From Propionibacteriaceae bacterium (GTDB lineage Bacteria; Actinomycetota; Actinomycetes; Propionibacteriales; Propionibacteriaceae), in contig JAPUEI010000039.1 in the NCBI GenBank assembly GCA_027492675.1, positions 8,370 through 72,369 of the forward strand: DNA of 64,000 bases. Direction: 5' to 3'. Of this stretch, positions 33,815-43,136 are shown piece by piece. Each line of letters starts with the position of its first letter. Position 1 is the first letter of the stretch. The translations under genes and the position numbers were made by a program. The notes below the pieces were generated by a model. It made no database searches, was not told where the DNA came from, and saw only the letters and a list, made by a program, of their open reading frames with translations.

Positions 33815-35092
33815 ATGCTGACACCACCATCCACAGCCCGCGCATTCGCGCGCGGCAGCCGCCGTGAGCTTCGCCGCGTGGCGTCACTGCTGCGTACGGA
33901 GACGGTGGGCGGTCTGGTCCTCGTCGCCGCGGCCGTCGTCGCGCTGATCTGGGCCAACTCGCCCTGGGCCTCCTCGTACGCCAGTCTGCGCGACACCACG
34001 CTCGGTTGGGAGTCGCTCCACCTGTCCCTCACGGTCGGCCAGTGGGCGTCGGACGGACTGCTCGCGATCTTCTTCTTCCTCGTCGGCCTCGAGCTGAAGC
34101 ACGAGTTCGTGGCGGGCGACCTCCGCTCGCCGGCGACCGCGATCGTCCCGGTGGCCGCGGCGTTCGGCGGCGTCCTCGTCCCGGCGATGCTCTACCTCGC
34201 CCTCAACGCAGGCGGTCACGGTCAGCGTGGTTGGGCCATCCCTGCCGCGACCGACATCGCGTTCGCCCTCGCCGTGTTGGCGATCATCTCGTCGCACCTG
34301 CCGCAGGCCCTGCGCACGTTCCTGTTGACGCTGGCGGTCGTCGACGACCTCATCGCGATCGTGATCATCGCCGTCGCGTACACCTCGCAGATCCACTTCG
34401 GAGCACTCGCCGGGGCGCTCGTCCCGATCGGCATCTTCGCGTTCCTGGTGCAGCGCTGGCCCACGTTCTTCTCGGGACGCCGCTGGACGCTGGTCGTCAT
34501 CCTGCTGCCGCTCGGGCTCGCCGCGTGGGCCCTGGTCCACGCCTCCGGAATCCACGCCACGATCGCCGGCGTGGTGCTCGGCATGGCCGTCCCGGTGCTG
34601 CGTACCCGCCAGGAGGACTCGCTGCGGCGGCCCCTCGCGGAGACGCTCGAGCACCTGCTGCGGCCGATCTCAGCAGGCATCGTCGTGCCGATCTTCGCTC
34701 TCTTCTCCGCAGGCGTCACGGTGGGCAGCCTCTCGGGGCTCGGGAAGTCCCTCACCGATCCGGTCACCCTCGGCATCATCGCTGGACTCGTGCTCGGCAA
34801 GCCGCTCGGCATCGTCGCGACTTCATTCCTGGTCACGAGGTTCCGCCACGTCTCGCTCGACGAGTCCGTCGCCTGGCCCGACATCGTCGGCGTCGGGGTG
34901 CTCGCCGGCATCGGGTTCACCGTGTCACTGCTGGTGTCCGAGCTCAGCTTCCCGACCGTCGACCCGGCCCACGACCACGCCAAGGTCGGCGTGCTGATCG
35001 CGTCGCTGCTGGCGTCCCTGTTGGCCGCCCTCGTGCTCGGGCTGCGCAACCGCCGCTACAAGCTGTACGAGCAGGCCAACCCCGAGGACTGA
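33815..35092 (+). CDS. nhaA: Na+/H+ antiporter NhaA
   Basis: [17 protein letters not shown] and [16 protein letters not shown] (the DD motif), about 12 TM segments. Start taken as the ATG at 33815. Confidence 0.92.
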   Translation: MLTPPSTARAFARGSRRELRRVASLLRTETVGGLVLVAAAVVALIWANSPWASSYASLRDTTLGWESLHLSLTVGQWASDGLLAIFFFLVGLELKHEFVAGDLRSPATAIVPVAAAFGGVLVPAMLYLALNAGGHGQRGWAIPAATDIAFALAVLAIISSHLPQALRTFLLTLAVVDDLIAIVIIAVAYTSQIHFGALAGALVPIGIFAFLVQRWPTFFSGRRWTLVVILLPLGLAAWALVHASGIHATIAGVVLGMAVPVLRTRQEDSLRRPLAETLEHLLRPISAGIVVPIFALFSAGVTVGSLSGLGKSLTDPVTLGIIAGLVLGKPLGIVATSFLVTRFRHVSLDESVAWPDIVGVGVLAGIGFTVSLLVSELSFPTVDPAHDHAKVGVLIASLLASLLAALVLGLRNRRYKLYEQANPED

Positions 35093-35093
35093 C

Positions 35094-35690
35094 TCAGATC
35101 ACGGGGCGGGCCTTGCGCTTCTGCTCGCGGGAGTACAGCAGCCAGGCCGCCAGCGTCCCGCCGATCGCACCGCCCAGGTGCCCTTGCCAGGACACCGTCG
35201 GGCTCGCGGGGAAGACCCCGAGCAGCACCGACCCGTACAGAAGCATGACCACCACCGCGACGACGATGTGGCCCCACTTGCGGCTGAGGAATCCGCGGAC
35301 GATCAGGTACGTGATCCAGCCGAAGATCACCCCGGACGCGCCGATCACGAGGTAGTGCAGCGGCGTCAGCAGCCAGGCCACCACGCCGGAGGTCACCCAC
35401 GCCGTCGCGGTCGCGACCACCCACTGCCTGAGCCCGCTGGTCCACACGGCCGTGCCGAGGACGAACAGGGGTACGGAGTTGGCCGCGAGGTGGGCGAAGC
35501 CCGCATGCAGCAGCGGCGCGAAGACGATGCCGTCGAGGCCGGTCACGTCCCAGGGCTTGATGCCGAACGCGTCGAGCGCGTGGCCCGTGAGCGTGTCGAT
35601 GATCTCGATGAGCCACAGGACCACGAGTGCGGCCGCCATCACGATGGCACCTTGCTTGAGTCGGGCGGGGTCGATGCCGAGGCTGCGCAT
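35094..35690 (-). CDS. Rhomboid family intramembrane serine protease
   Basis: LLHAGFAHLAANS, catalytic GASGVIFG and HLGGAIGG. Only the last 198 codons of the 525-aa ORF-track entry look genuine (ATG at 35690). Confidence 0.85.
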   Translation of the reverse strand: MRSLGIDPARLKQGAIVMAAALVVLWLIEIIDTLTGHALDAFGIKPWDVTGLDGIVFAPLLHAGFAHLAANSVPLFVLGTAVWTSGLRQWVVATATAWVTSGVVAWLLTPLHYLVIGASGVIFGWITYLIVRGFLSRKWGHIVVAVVVMLLYGSVLLGVFPASPTVSWQGHLGGAIGGTLAAWLLYSREQKRKARPVI

Positions 35691-35732
35691 GTCACCAGGA
35701 TGACACTCGACCCTGAGCGCTAGCCTGCACGG

Positions 35733-36941
35733 GTGGCAGGCGCGCTCCCGGCAGGTGATCCGGTACCCGAGGACGGCTCGTTGCCGGCGTCGGCGCTGCA
35801 GGGACGTACGGACGAGCCGCTGGCCATCTACCTCCACGTGCCCTTCTGTCGGACCCGCTGCGGCTATTGCGACTTCAACACCTACACCGCCGACGAGCTG
35901 GGCGCGGCGCCCGGGAGCTCGCAGGATGCGTACGCCCTGGCCGTCTCGGCGGAGATCGCCATGGCCCGGCGGGTGCTGGGGCCGCGGCGCGTGACGAGCG
36001 TGTTCGTCGGGGGCGGTACCCCGACCTTGCTGGCGGCGGAGACGCTGGGTGGTTTCCTCGCCGAGGTACGGGAGGTCTTCGAGCTTGCTCCGGGCGCCGA
36101 GGTCACGACGGAGGCGAACCCGGAGACGGTGACGCCGGCCTCTCTGGCCGCGCTCCGGCACGCGGGGTTCACGCGGATGTCGTTCGGCATGCAGTCCGCG
36201 GTGCCGCACGTGCTGGCCGCGCTGGACCGGGTGCACACGCCCGGTCGTGCTGCTCAGGCCGTGGCCGAGGCCCGTGCGGCGGGCTTCGACGACGTGTCGC
36301 TCGACCTCATCTACGGCACGCCGGGCGAGTCCCTGGCCGACTGGCGGACCACGCTGGACGCCGCGCTGGCCGCCGAGCCCGACCACGTCTCCGCATACGC
36401 CCTCATCGTCGAGGACGGCACCCCGCTGGCGCGCCGCATCCGCCGCGGCGAGATGCCGGCGCCCGACGACGACGATCTGGCGGACAAGTACCTGGCGGCC
36501 GATGCTGCGTTCGAGGCTGCGGGGTACGGCTGGTACGAGCTCAGCAACTGGGCTCGTCCGGGGCACGAATGCCGCCACAACGTCGCGTACTGGCGCTCCA
36601 CCGACTGGTGGGGGATCGGCCCCGGCTCGCACAGCCATGTCGGCGGCCTGCGGTGGTGGAACGTGAAGCACCCGGCGCTGTACGCGTCACGGCTCGCGGC
36701 AAGGCACAGCCCGGGGCACGCTCGTGAGGTGCTCGACGACGACGCCCGCCGCGTGGAGAGAGTGCTGCTCGAGCTCCGGCTCGCCGACGGGCTGCCGCTC
36801 GACGTGCTGACCGCCGCCGAGCGTGGCCGGGTGGACGATCTGGTGGCCCGGGCCCTCCTCGTACGTCACGATGACCGCCTCGTCCTCACCCTGCAGGGTC
36901 GCCTGCTCGCCGACGCGGTGGTTCGCGACCTGCTCGACTGA
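35733..36941 (+). CDS. hemW: Radical SAM heme chaperone HemW (coproporphyrinogen III oxidase-like)
   Basis: YLHVPFCRTRCGYCDFNT (CxxxCxxC), GGGTPT, HemN_C-like tail. Confidence 0.92.
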   Translation: MAGALPAGDPVPEDGSLPASALQGRTDEPLAIYLHVPFCRTRCGYCDFNTYTADELGAAPGSSQDAYALAVSAEIAMARRVLGPRRVTSVFVGGGTPTLLAAETLGGFLAEVREVFELAPGAEVTTEANPETVTPASLAALRHAGFTRMSFGMQSAVPHVLAALDRVHTPGRAAQAVAEARAAGFDDVSLDLIYGTPGESLADWRTTLDAALAAEPDHVSAYALIVEDGTPLARRIRRGEMPAPDDDDLADKYLAADAAFEAAGYGWYELSNWARPGHECRHNVAYWRSTDWWGIGPGSHSHVGGLRWWNVKHPALYASRLAARHSPGHAREVLDDDARRVERVLLELRLADGLPLDVLTAAERGRVDDLVARALLVRHDDRLVLTLQGRLLADAVVRDLLD

Positions 36942-36991
36942 TTCCCCCGTTGACGTCGCTCTGAGGCGCGATGACAGGGCTCCCGTCAGTC

Positions 36992-37054
36992 GTTCCCCCG
37001 AACCGGTCGATCTGAGTGCCGGAGTCGCCGACATTTCGACGACTTCGGGGGAAC
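36992..37054. repeat. Perfect 11-bp inverted repeat GTTCCCCCGAA / TTCGGGGGAAC within a set of four TTCCCCCG / CTTCGGGGGA copies
   Basis: Read directly. Further copies are ATTCCCCCG at about 36940 and CTTCGGGGGAG at about 37094. TTCCCCCG-N(11-12)-CTGAG occurs twice. Confidence 0.7.
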
Positions 37055-37176
37055 GGGGCAGGGAACTGCAGAGAGCCCCCTCGAATACGACGGCTTCGGG
37101 GGAGTTGTCGGCATGAGTCAGAGCCCGGCGGCGTGCCGTCGAGCGACCCGCGGCGAACGCCGCCTAGCCTCGACGA

Positions 37177-38010
37177 GTGCCCAACGACCGCTACCGAGAC
37201 GTGCTCGCGCCGGAGAACCGGCCCGCCAAGGCCGTCGTGCCGAAGGTGACCGTCGAACGCGACATGGTCGTCGAGGAAGGCCTGACCGGCTTCTGCGGGG
37301 CCGTCGTCGCCTGGGAGAACGGCATCGTGGTGCTCGAGGACCGCAAGCTCCGCAAACGGTCGTTCCCGATGGGCAAGGGCTTCCTCCTCGAGGGCCGGCC
37401 CGTGGAGCTGCTGTCACCGGCGAAACAGGCGCCCGTACGTCAGACGCACACGGCCTCGGGCTCGCGGATCGCCGAGGCGGGCCGGGCCAAGGTTGCGGCT
37501 CCCAGCCGGATCTACGTCGAGGGCCGCCATGATGCCGAGCTCGTCGAGAAGGTCTGGGGCGACGACCTGCGCCACGTGGGCGTCACGGTCGAGTACCTGG
37601 GCGGCGTCGACGACCTGCCCGCGATCGTGGCCGAGTTCCGTCCGTCGAAGGATCGCCGCCTCGGCGTCCTCGTCGACCACCTCGTGCCCGGGAGCAAGGA
37701 GTCGCGGCTCGTCGAGTCCGTACGTACGGGCGGTCACGGGACGTACGTGCTGGTCACCGGCCACTCGTACATCGACATCTGGCAAGCGGTGAAGCCCGCC
37801 AGCATCGGCATCCCGGCGTGGCCGGACGTGCCCAAGGGCGAGGACTGGAAGAAGGGCACCTGTGCCCGTCTCGGCTGGCCGCACGCCGACCAGGCGGACA
37901 TCGCGCAGGTCTGGAAGGCGATCCTGGCCAAGGTGACCACCTGGAAGGACCTCGACCGCCGCTTGGTCACCGAGGTCGAGCGCCTCATCGACTTCACCCA
38001 GGACCTCTGA
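37177..38010 (+). CDS. DUF3097 family protein (conserved actinobacterial)
   Basis: GFCGAVV..ENG.VVLEDR, SRIYVEGRHDAELVEKVWGDDLR, GHSYIDIWQAVKP. Typical position between hemW and hrcA. Confidence 0.75.
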   Translation: MPNDRYRDVLAPENRPAKAVVPKVTVERDMVVEEGLTGFCGAVVAWENGIVVLEDRKLRKRSFPMGKGFLLEGRPVELLSPAKQAPVRQTHTASGSRIAEAGRAKVAAPSRIYVEGRHDAELVEKVWGDDLRHVGVTVEYLGGVDDLPAIVAEFRPSKDRRLGVLVDHLVPGSKESRLVESVRTGGHGTYVLVTGHSYIDIWQAVKPASIGIPAWPDVPKGEDWKKGTCARLGWPHADQADIAQVWKAILAKVTTWKDLDRRLVTEVERLIDFTQDL

Positions 38011-38064
38011 CCCGGCCGTGAGCAGCGGGGCCTCGCGTGCGGCCGCGCAAGTACCCTGAACCCC

Positions 38065-39153
38065 GTGAACGAACCCCTGCGCGGCGAGTACAAGGTTCCG
38101 GGCGGCAAGCTGGTCGCCGTTGACGTACGGATCGCCGACGAGCTGTTGGCTGACGTGCGGGTGAGCGGGGACTTCTTCCTCGATCCCGACGAGGCCCTCG
38201 ACGTCATCGACCGCTCGCTGACCGGCTTGAGCACCCACACGCGTGTCACCGAGCTGGCCGCTGCGGTCGACGCCGGCCTCGCGGCGGCCCGCCAGGACGG
38301 CACGCTGCCCGGCCCGGTGACGATGGCCGGGTTCGACTCCAAGGCGATCGCCGTGGCCGTACGTCGGGCGCTTGGTCACTCGACCGGCTGGGGAGACCAC
38401 ACGTTCAGCTACCTCGACCCGGGCCCGCTCGACCCCGCGATGCACTGCGCGCTGGACGAGGTGCTGGGCCGTGAGCTCGCCGCCGGACGCCGCGGGCCGA
38501 CGTTCCGGTTCTGGGAATGGGAGAACCCCGCGGTCGTCATCGGGTCCTTCCAGTCGCTGCGCAACGAGGTCGACGAGGAGGCCGCGGGCGAGTACGGCGT
38601 CCAGGTCGTGCGTCGCATCTCCGGCGGCGGCGCGATGTTCATGGAGGCCGGCAACTGCATCACGTTCTCCCTCATCGTGCCGGAGACGCTGGTCGACGGC
38701 ATGAGCTACGAGGAGTCGTACGCCTTCCTCGACGGCTGGGTGCTCGCCGCGCTCGAGGAGGTCGGGGTGAAGGCCCGCTACGCCGGTCTCAACGACATCG
38801 CCTCCGACGCCGGCAAGATCGCCGGGGCCGCGCAGAAGCGGTTCATCGGGGGAGCGGTGCTCCACCACGTGACGATGGCGTACGACATCGACGCGGACAA
38901 GATGCTCCAGGTGCTGCGGATCGGCCGCGAGAAGCTCAGCGACAAGGGCACCAAGAGCGCCAACAAGCGGGTCGACCCCGTCCGGTCGCAGACCCAGCTG
39001 CCGCGCGCCGAGGTGATGGCCTCGTTCCTCGCGACGTTCCGCCGCCAGTACACCGTGGTCGACGACGCGCTGACCGAGGCGGAACTCGCCCAGGCAGCCG
39101 ACCTCGTACAGACCAAGTTCTCCACCCCCGAATGGACCGCTCGGGTCCCGTGA
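38065..39153 (+). CDS. lplA: Lipoate--protein ligase, circularly permuted domain order (accessory LplA_C-like domain at the N-terminus)
   Basis: The N-terminal YKVPGGKLVAVDV..VRVSGDFFLDPDEAL resembles the LplA C-terminal domain. It is followed by the BPL/LPL catalytic core FRFWEWENPAVVIGSFQS, RRISGGGAMF and GKIAGAAQKR. Confidence 0.8.
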   Translation: MNEPLRGEYKVPGGKLVAVDVRIADELLADVRVSGDFFLDPDEALDVIDRSLTGLSTHTRVTELAAAVDAGLAAARQDGTLPGPVTMAGFDSKAIAVAVRRALGHSTGWGDHTFSYLDPGPLDPAMHCALDEVLGRELAAGRRGPTFRFWEWENPAVVIGSFQSLRNEVDEEAAGEYGVQVVRRISGGGAMFMEAGNCITFSLIVPETLVDGMSYEESYAFLDGWVLAALEEVGVKARYAGLNDIASDAGKIAGAAQKRFIGGAVLHHVTMAYDIDADKMLQVLRIGREKLSDKGTKSANKRVDPVRSQTQLPRAEVMASFLATFRRQYTVVDDALTEAELAQAADLVQTKFSTPEWTARVP

Positions 39154-39281
39154 TCGGCGTCCCGCCCCACCTTTAGGTGGCCGCACAACCCCTGGCACAC
39201 GATTTCGCGACGTGACGGCTGTGCGCGTGGGCGAGAGCGAACCCCGGGGCGAGGTTCGCCGCGGCCGCTAGCCTTGCCAGC

Positions 39282-41768
39282 GTGACGGAACAGACAACGA
39301 CGCCTGTACGAGCGGTCGTCCCGGCCTCCGTCACAGGGCTGTCCGCCGCCGAGGTCGAGGCCCGGATCTCCGCGGGTGAGACCAATGCGGTGGTCGAGGT
39401 CACCAGCCGGCCGCTGTCGGAGATCATCCGCGCCAACGTCTTCACCCGCTTCAACGGCCTGCTGGGCGCGCTGCTCGTGCTCGTGCTGCTCACCGGCTCG
39501 TACAAGAACGCTCTTTTCGGCGTCGCCCTCGTCGTGAACTCCCTGCTCGGCATCGGCCAGGAGTGGCACGCCAAACGCAAGCTCGACTCGCTCGCGGTGC
39601 TGCACGCGCCGACCGCGGTCGTGCTCCGCGACGGACAGCCCGTGGAGGTGCCGAGCGGACAGGTCGTCCGAGGCGACGCGGTCGCCCTGCGTCCCGGCGA
39701 CCAGGTCTGCGCCGACGGCACGGTGCTGGCCGCGGACAACCTCGAGCTCAACGAGTCCAACCTCACCGGGGAGTCCGACGCGATCGCGAAGACGGTCGGC
39801 GACGCTGTCTCCAGCGGTACGGCGGTCGAGGCCGGCGGGGGCTGGTACTGCGCCGAGGTCGTCGGCGCCAACGCCGCGGCCCAGAAGCTGGCGGCCGAGG
39901 CGAAGAAGTTCACCCGCGCCCACTCGGAGGTGCAGCACTCCACCAACGTGCTGCTGCGGTGGCTGACCTGGGTGGTGCTCGTCATGCTGCCGATCTCGGC
40001 CTGGTCGCAGTGGCGCGCGATCTCCGGCGAAGGGTGGCGCGAGGTCGTACTCCGCACGGCGGCCGGCATGGTCGGCCTCGTGCCCGAGGGCCTCGTCGTG
40101 CTCACCACGCTCGCGTTCCTGCTCGCCGCCGTACAGCTCACCCGTCGGCAGGCGCTGGTCCAAGAGCTGCCCGCGGTCGAGGGACTGGCCCGCGTGGACG
40201 TCATCTGCGTCGACAAGACCGGCACGCTGACCGAGGGTGAGATCGGCTTCGAGGGTCTCGAGGTGCTGGACGGGGAGGACGAGGGGGTCGTACGAGCCGT
40301 GCTCGGGGCCCTCGCGCACGACACCGTCGGCAACCAGACCAGTCGGGCGCTGGCCGCCGTGCTGCCTGCGGGTGGTGTCGTGAGCGACCGGGCCGCGTTC
40401 TCGTCCGCGCGCAAGTGGAGCGGCGGCGTCGTCGATGGCCAGGCCTGGCTGTTGGGGGCTCCGGACGTGCTGCTGGCGTCGACGGCTGCCGGGCCTGCGC
40501 TGGCACGCGTGCACGAGCTCTCCGACGCCGGCCGTCGCGTGTTGCTGCTCGCCCGCGCGGACGCTCTCCCCGCTCCCGATCAGGCCGTCACCGGAGTCCG
40601 CCCCGCCGCGCTCGTCGAGCTCGCCGAGCTGGTCCGCGACGACGCCCGGCAGACGCTGGACTACTTCCGCGACCAGGGCGTACGGGTCGTGGTGATCTCC
40701 GGCGACACCCCTCGCACGGTGGCGGCGGTCGGCCGGGAGGTCGGCCTGGACGTCGGCGAGCCCGTCGACGCCCGCACCCTCCCCGAGGACCCCGATGAGC
40801 TCGCCGAGATCGTCGAGCGCACCACCGTGTTCGGTCGCGTCACGCCGGCACAGAAGCGCGCTCTCGTCCGCGCGTTGCAGTCGCGCGGCCACGTCGTCGC
40901 GATGACCGGTGACGGCGTCAACGACGTGCTCGCCCTCAAGGACGCCGACATCGGCATCGCCATGGGCAACGGCGCGCAGGCGACGAAGGCCGTCGCGCAG
41001 CTCGTCCTGCTCGACTCGAAGTTCTCCCACCTGCCGTCCGTACTGGCCGAGGGGCGACGGCTCATCGGCAACGTCGAACGCGTGGCCAGCCTCTTCGTGA
41101 CCAAGAACGTGATGAGCGCCGTCTCGATCCTGGCGGCGGCGTTCTTCGGGCTGGCGTATCCGTTCCTGCCCAGCCAGCTCACGCTCGTCTCCACGCTGAC
41201 GATCGGCATCCCGGCTGCGATCCTGGCCCTAGGGCCGAACGGCAGGCGGTACGAGCCGGGGTTCCTGCGCCGCGTACTCGCCATCTCCGTACCGGCGGGC
41301 GTCGTCGCCGGCGTCAGCGCGTTCGTCATCTACGCCGTCATCGGCCAGGGCAGGGTCAGCGATCCCATCGCCTCGACGGCCGCTCTGACGTCGCTGCTCG
41401 TGACCAGCTTCTGGCTTCTGATGTGCCTGGCGCGGCCGTACCAGGGATGGAAGATCGCGGTCGTCGCCGCGATGGTCGGGTTGGCCACCTGTGCGTACGT
41501 CCTCTCGCCGGGTCGATCGTTCTTCGCGATCGCCTGGGTGCCGGGGGCGATCGGCAGGGGCCTGATCGCGGGCGCCGTGGGCGCGGTCGTCGTCGAGATC
41601 GCGTTCCGCCTGTCGCGACGCCAGCTGCCCACCGTCGAGGCCGGCCACCGGGAGACCCACCTGGGAGAACTAGCATCAGGTACGGCTAGACCCCTGGGCA
41701 CCAGGCCGTACACGAACGACCATCAGGGGCACCGAGTGCCTGACGTGAGGGTCCACCATGACGACTGA
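39282..41768 (+). CDS. Cation-transporting P-type ATPase (HAD-IC family)
   Basis: ICVDKTGTLTEG, VVISGDTPRT, MTGDGVNDVLALKDADIGIAMG, 8-10 TM segments. Substrate not assignable from sequence by eye. Confidence 0.9.
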   Translation: MTEQTTTPVRAVVPASVTGLSAAEVEARISAGETNAVVEVTSRPLSEIIRANVFTRFNGLLGALLVLVLLTGSYKNALFGVALVVNSLLGIGQEWHAKRKLDSLAVLHAPTAVVLRDGQPVEVPSGQVVRGDAVALRPGDQVCADGTVLAADNLELNESNLTGESDAIAKTVGDAVSSGTAVEAGGGWYCAEVVGANAAAQKLAAEAKKFTRAHSEVQHSTNVLLRWLTWVVLVMLPISAWSQWRAISGEGWREVVLRTAAGMVGLVPEGLVVLTTLAFLLAAVQLTRRQALVQELPAVEGLARVDVICVDKTGTLTEGEIGFEGLEVLDGEDEGVVRAVLGALAHDTVGNQTSRALAAVLPAGGVVSDRAAFSSARKWSGGVVDGQAWLLGAPDVLLASTAAGPALARVHELSDAGRRVLLLARADALPAPDQAVTGVRPAALVELAELVRDDARQTLDYFRDQGVRVVVISGDTPRTVAAVGREVGLDVGEPVDARTLPEDPDELAEIVERTTVFGRVTPAQKRALVRALQSRGHVVAMTGDGVNDVLALKDADIGIAMGNGAQATKAVAQLVLLDSKFSHLPSVLAEGRRLIGNVERVASLFVTKNVMSAVSILAAAFFGLAYPFLPSQLTLVSTLTIGIPAAILALGPNGRRYEPGFLRRVLAISVPAGVVAGVSAFVIYAVIGQGRVSDPIASTAALTSLLVTSFWLLMCLARPYQGWKIAVVAAMVGLATCAYVLSPGRSFFAIAWVPGAIGRGLIAGAVGAVVVEIAFRLSRRQLPTVEAGHRETHLGELASGTARPLGTRPYTNDHQGHRVPDVRVHHDD

Positions 41769-42543
41769 GGAGATTCTTGAGCTGCTGACGGACGTGGCGG
41801 CCCGAGTGATCACCCCGAGGTTCCGTGCGCTGGCGAGCGGCGACATCGATGAGAAGACGCCCGGGGACTACGTGACGATCGCCGACCGGGAGTCGGAGAT
41901 CGAGATCGCGGCCCGACTGCAGGCGGCGTACCCGGATGCGCTGGTCGTCGGTGAGGAGGCCTCGTTCGCCGACCCCGGCCTCATGGCCGGCGTCGCGGGG
42001 GCCGAGCACGCGTTCGTGATCGACCCCGTCGACGGCACCCGCAACTTCGTCCAGGGCAACCCGGACCACGCCGTGATGGTGGGGGAGCTGCGCTCGGGCA
42101 CGGTCGTGCGCGGCTGGATCTGGCAGCCCGAGCACCAGGTGGCGTTCGTCGCCGAGCGCGGGGCGGGCGTGACGCGCAACGGCGTACGGCTGAGCCCCGT
42201 CGAGCGAACCGGCACACCCCGGGTCGAGTCCTCGTCGAAGCGGGACCTCGGCGGGCTGGTCGGCAACCCGGAGTGGGCCGTCGCCCGTACGCACTTCTGC
42301 TGCGGCATCGACTATCCGCGTCTGCTCCTCGGCGAGACCGACGGCCTCGTCTACCGCAACCCCAAGCCCTGGGACCACGCGCCCGGTCTGCTCATGATGG
42401 AGGAGCTGGGTGCGGTGGCCCGGCTGCTCGACGGCAGCCCGTACGCGCCCGGCGTTCCCCATGGCGTCCTGCTGTCCGCGGCCTCGGACCACGTCTGGCG
42501 CTCGGCGACCGAGGCGATGGCGGCGGAGCCCGCTCACCTGTGA
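41758..42543 (+). CDS. Inositol monophosphatase family protein
   Basis: VGEE, IDPVDGTRNF and WDHAPG motifs. The start overlaps the ATPase 3' end. Confidence 0.88.
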   Translation: MTTEEILELLTDVAARVITPRFRALASGDIDEKTPGDYVTIADRESEIEIAARLQAAYPDALVVGEEASFADPGLMAGVAGAEHAFVIDPVDGTRNFVQGNPDHAVMVGELRSGTVVRGWIWQPEHQVAFVAERGAGVTRNGVRLSPVERTGTPRVESSSKRDLGGLVGNPEWAVARTHFCCGIDYPRLLLGETDGLVYRNPKPWDHAPGLLMMEELGAVARLLDGSPYAPGVPHGVLLSAASDHVWRSATEAMAAEPAHL

Positions 42544-42875
42544 CGCTGGCCGAGTCGGTCTGGGAGGTCGTGCGGCTCGTACCGCCCGGCTGTGTCGTCT
42601 CGTACGGCGATCTCGCCGAGCTCTTCGGCATCGGCCCGCGCATGGTCGGACACGCCATGGCCGGACTCGACGAGCCGGACGTGCCGTGGTGGCGCGTGGT
42701 GCGCGCGGACGGGAGCATGGCGACCCACCTGCTCGGCGAGGCGCGGGAGCACTGGCTTGCCGAGGGCATCGCGACGACGGACAAGGGCGTACGGATCCGG
42801 CTGCACCGCGCCGACCTCGGAGCCCTCGCCGATGCCGCGGAGCGCGCGCTCGGGTCGCTGCCGGGGCTGGGCTGA
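42540..42875 (+). CDS. MGMT-family / alkyltransferase-like (ATL) DNA-binding protein lacking the acceptor cysteine
   Basis: VPPGCVVSYGDLAELFG..RMVGHAM, with VPWWRVV in place of the PCHRVV active site. The GTG at 42540 overlaps the upstream stop. Confidence 0.75.
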   Translation: MTLAESVWEVVRLVPPGCVVSYGDLAELFGIGPRMVGHAMAGLDEPDVPWWRVVRADGSMATHLLGEAREHWLAEGIATTDKGVRIRLHRADLGALADAAERALGSLPGLG

Positions 42876-42939
42876 CCTGTACCTCGTCGGGTGACGCCCC
42901 AGCCATCCGCTGCCTCAGCGACGCCCGTGCCAAGCACCC

Positions 42940-43003
42940 CACGCACGCCGCCCTCCACGCACGCCGCCCTCCGCGCACGCCGCCATCCGCGCACGCCGCC
43001 CTC
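42940..43003. repeat. Four tandem 16-bp units (CACGCACGCCGCCCTC and variants)
   Basis: Hand-parsed units at 42940-42955, 42956-42971, 42972-42987 and 42988-43003. Confidence 0.85.
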
Positions 43004-43041
43004 CAGCTCGGCTCCAGCCCCACGGGCGCACCACCACGGTC

Positions 43042-43109
43042 CGCTTGGCAAGGCGAGCAGCGCTTGGCAAGGCGCCGATGCCTTGCCAAGCACCCCTTGC
43101 CTTGCCAAG
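43042..43109. repeat. Two direct CGCTTGGCAAGGCG copies followed by two inverted CCTTGCCAAG copies (potential double hairpin or cruciform)
   Basis: CTTGGCAAG at 43044-43052 and 43063-43071. Its reverse complement CTTGCCAAG is at 43082-43090 and 43101-43109. Confidence 0.8.
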
Positions 43110-43136
43110 TGGCCTTCCCCCGGGTCGATGGAGTGG

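Noticed and set aside
33827-33846. TCCACAGCCCGCG shared between the nhaA 5' coding region and the comEA-proximal DnaA-box-like site (24407-24419)
   Set aside because: The nhaA copy lacks the TTG/CTG prefix of the box (it reads CATCCACAG) and lies inside coding sequence. A 13-nt GC-rich coincidence cannot be distinguished from chance here.
35691-36671. N-terminal 327 residues of the 525-aa ORF containing the rhomboid protease
   Set aside because: This part is antisense to hemW and has an Arg/Gly-rich composition. The rhomboid signatures all lie after the internal ATG at 35690, which leaves a sensible 42-bp divergent gap to hemW.
39154-39281. Metal-sensing leader (e.g. M-box) upstream of the P-type ATPase; the hairpin GCGAACC..GGTTCGC at about 39236-39258
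   Set aside because: Only one short stem is visible, with none of the multi-helix conserved cores I associate with known Mg or cation riboswitches. There is insufficient evidence without a covariance-model search.
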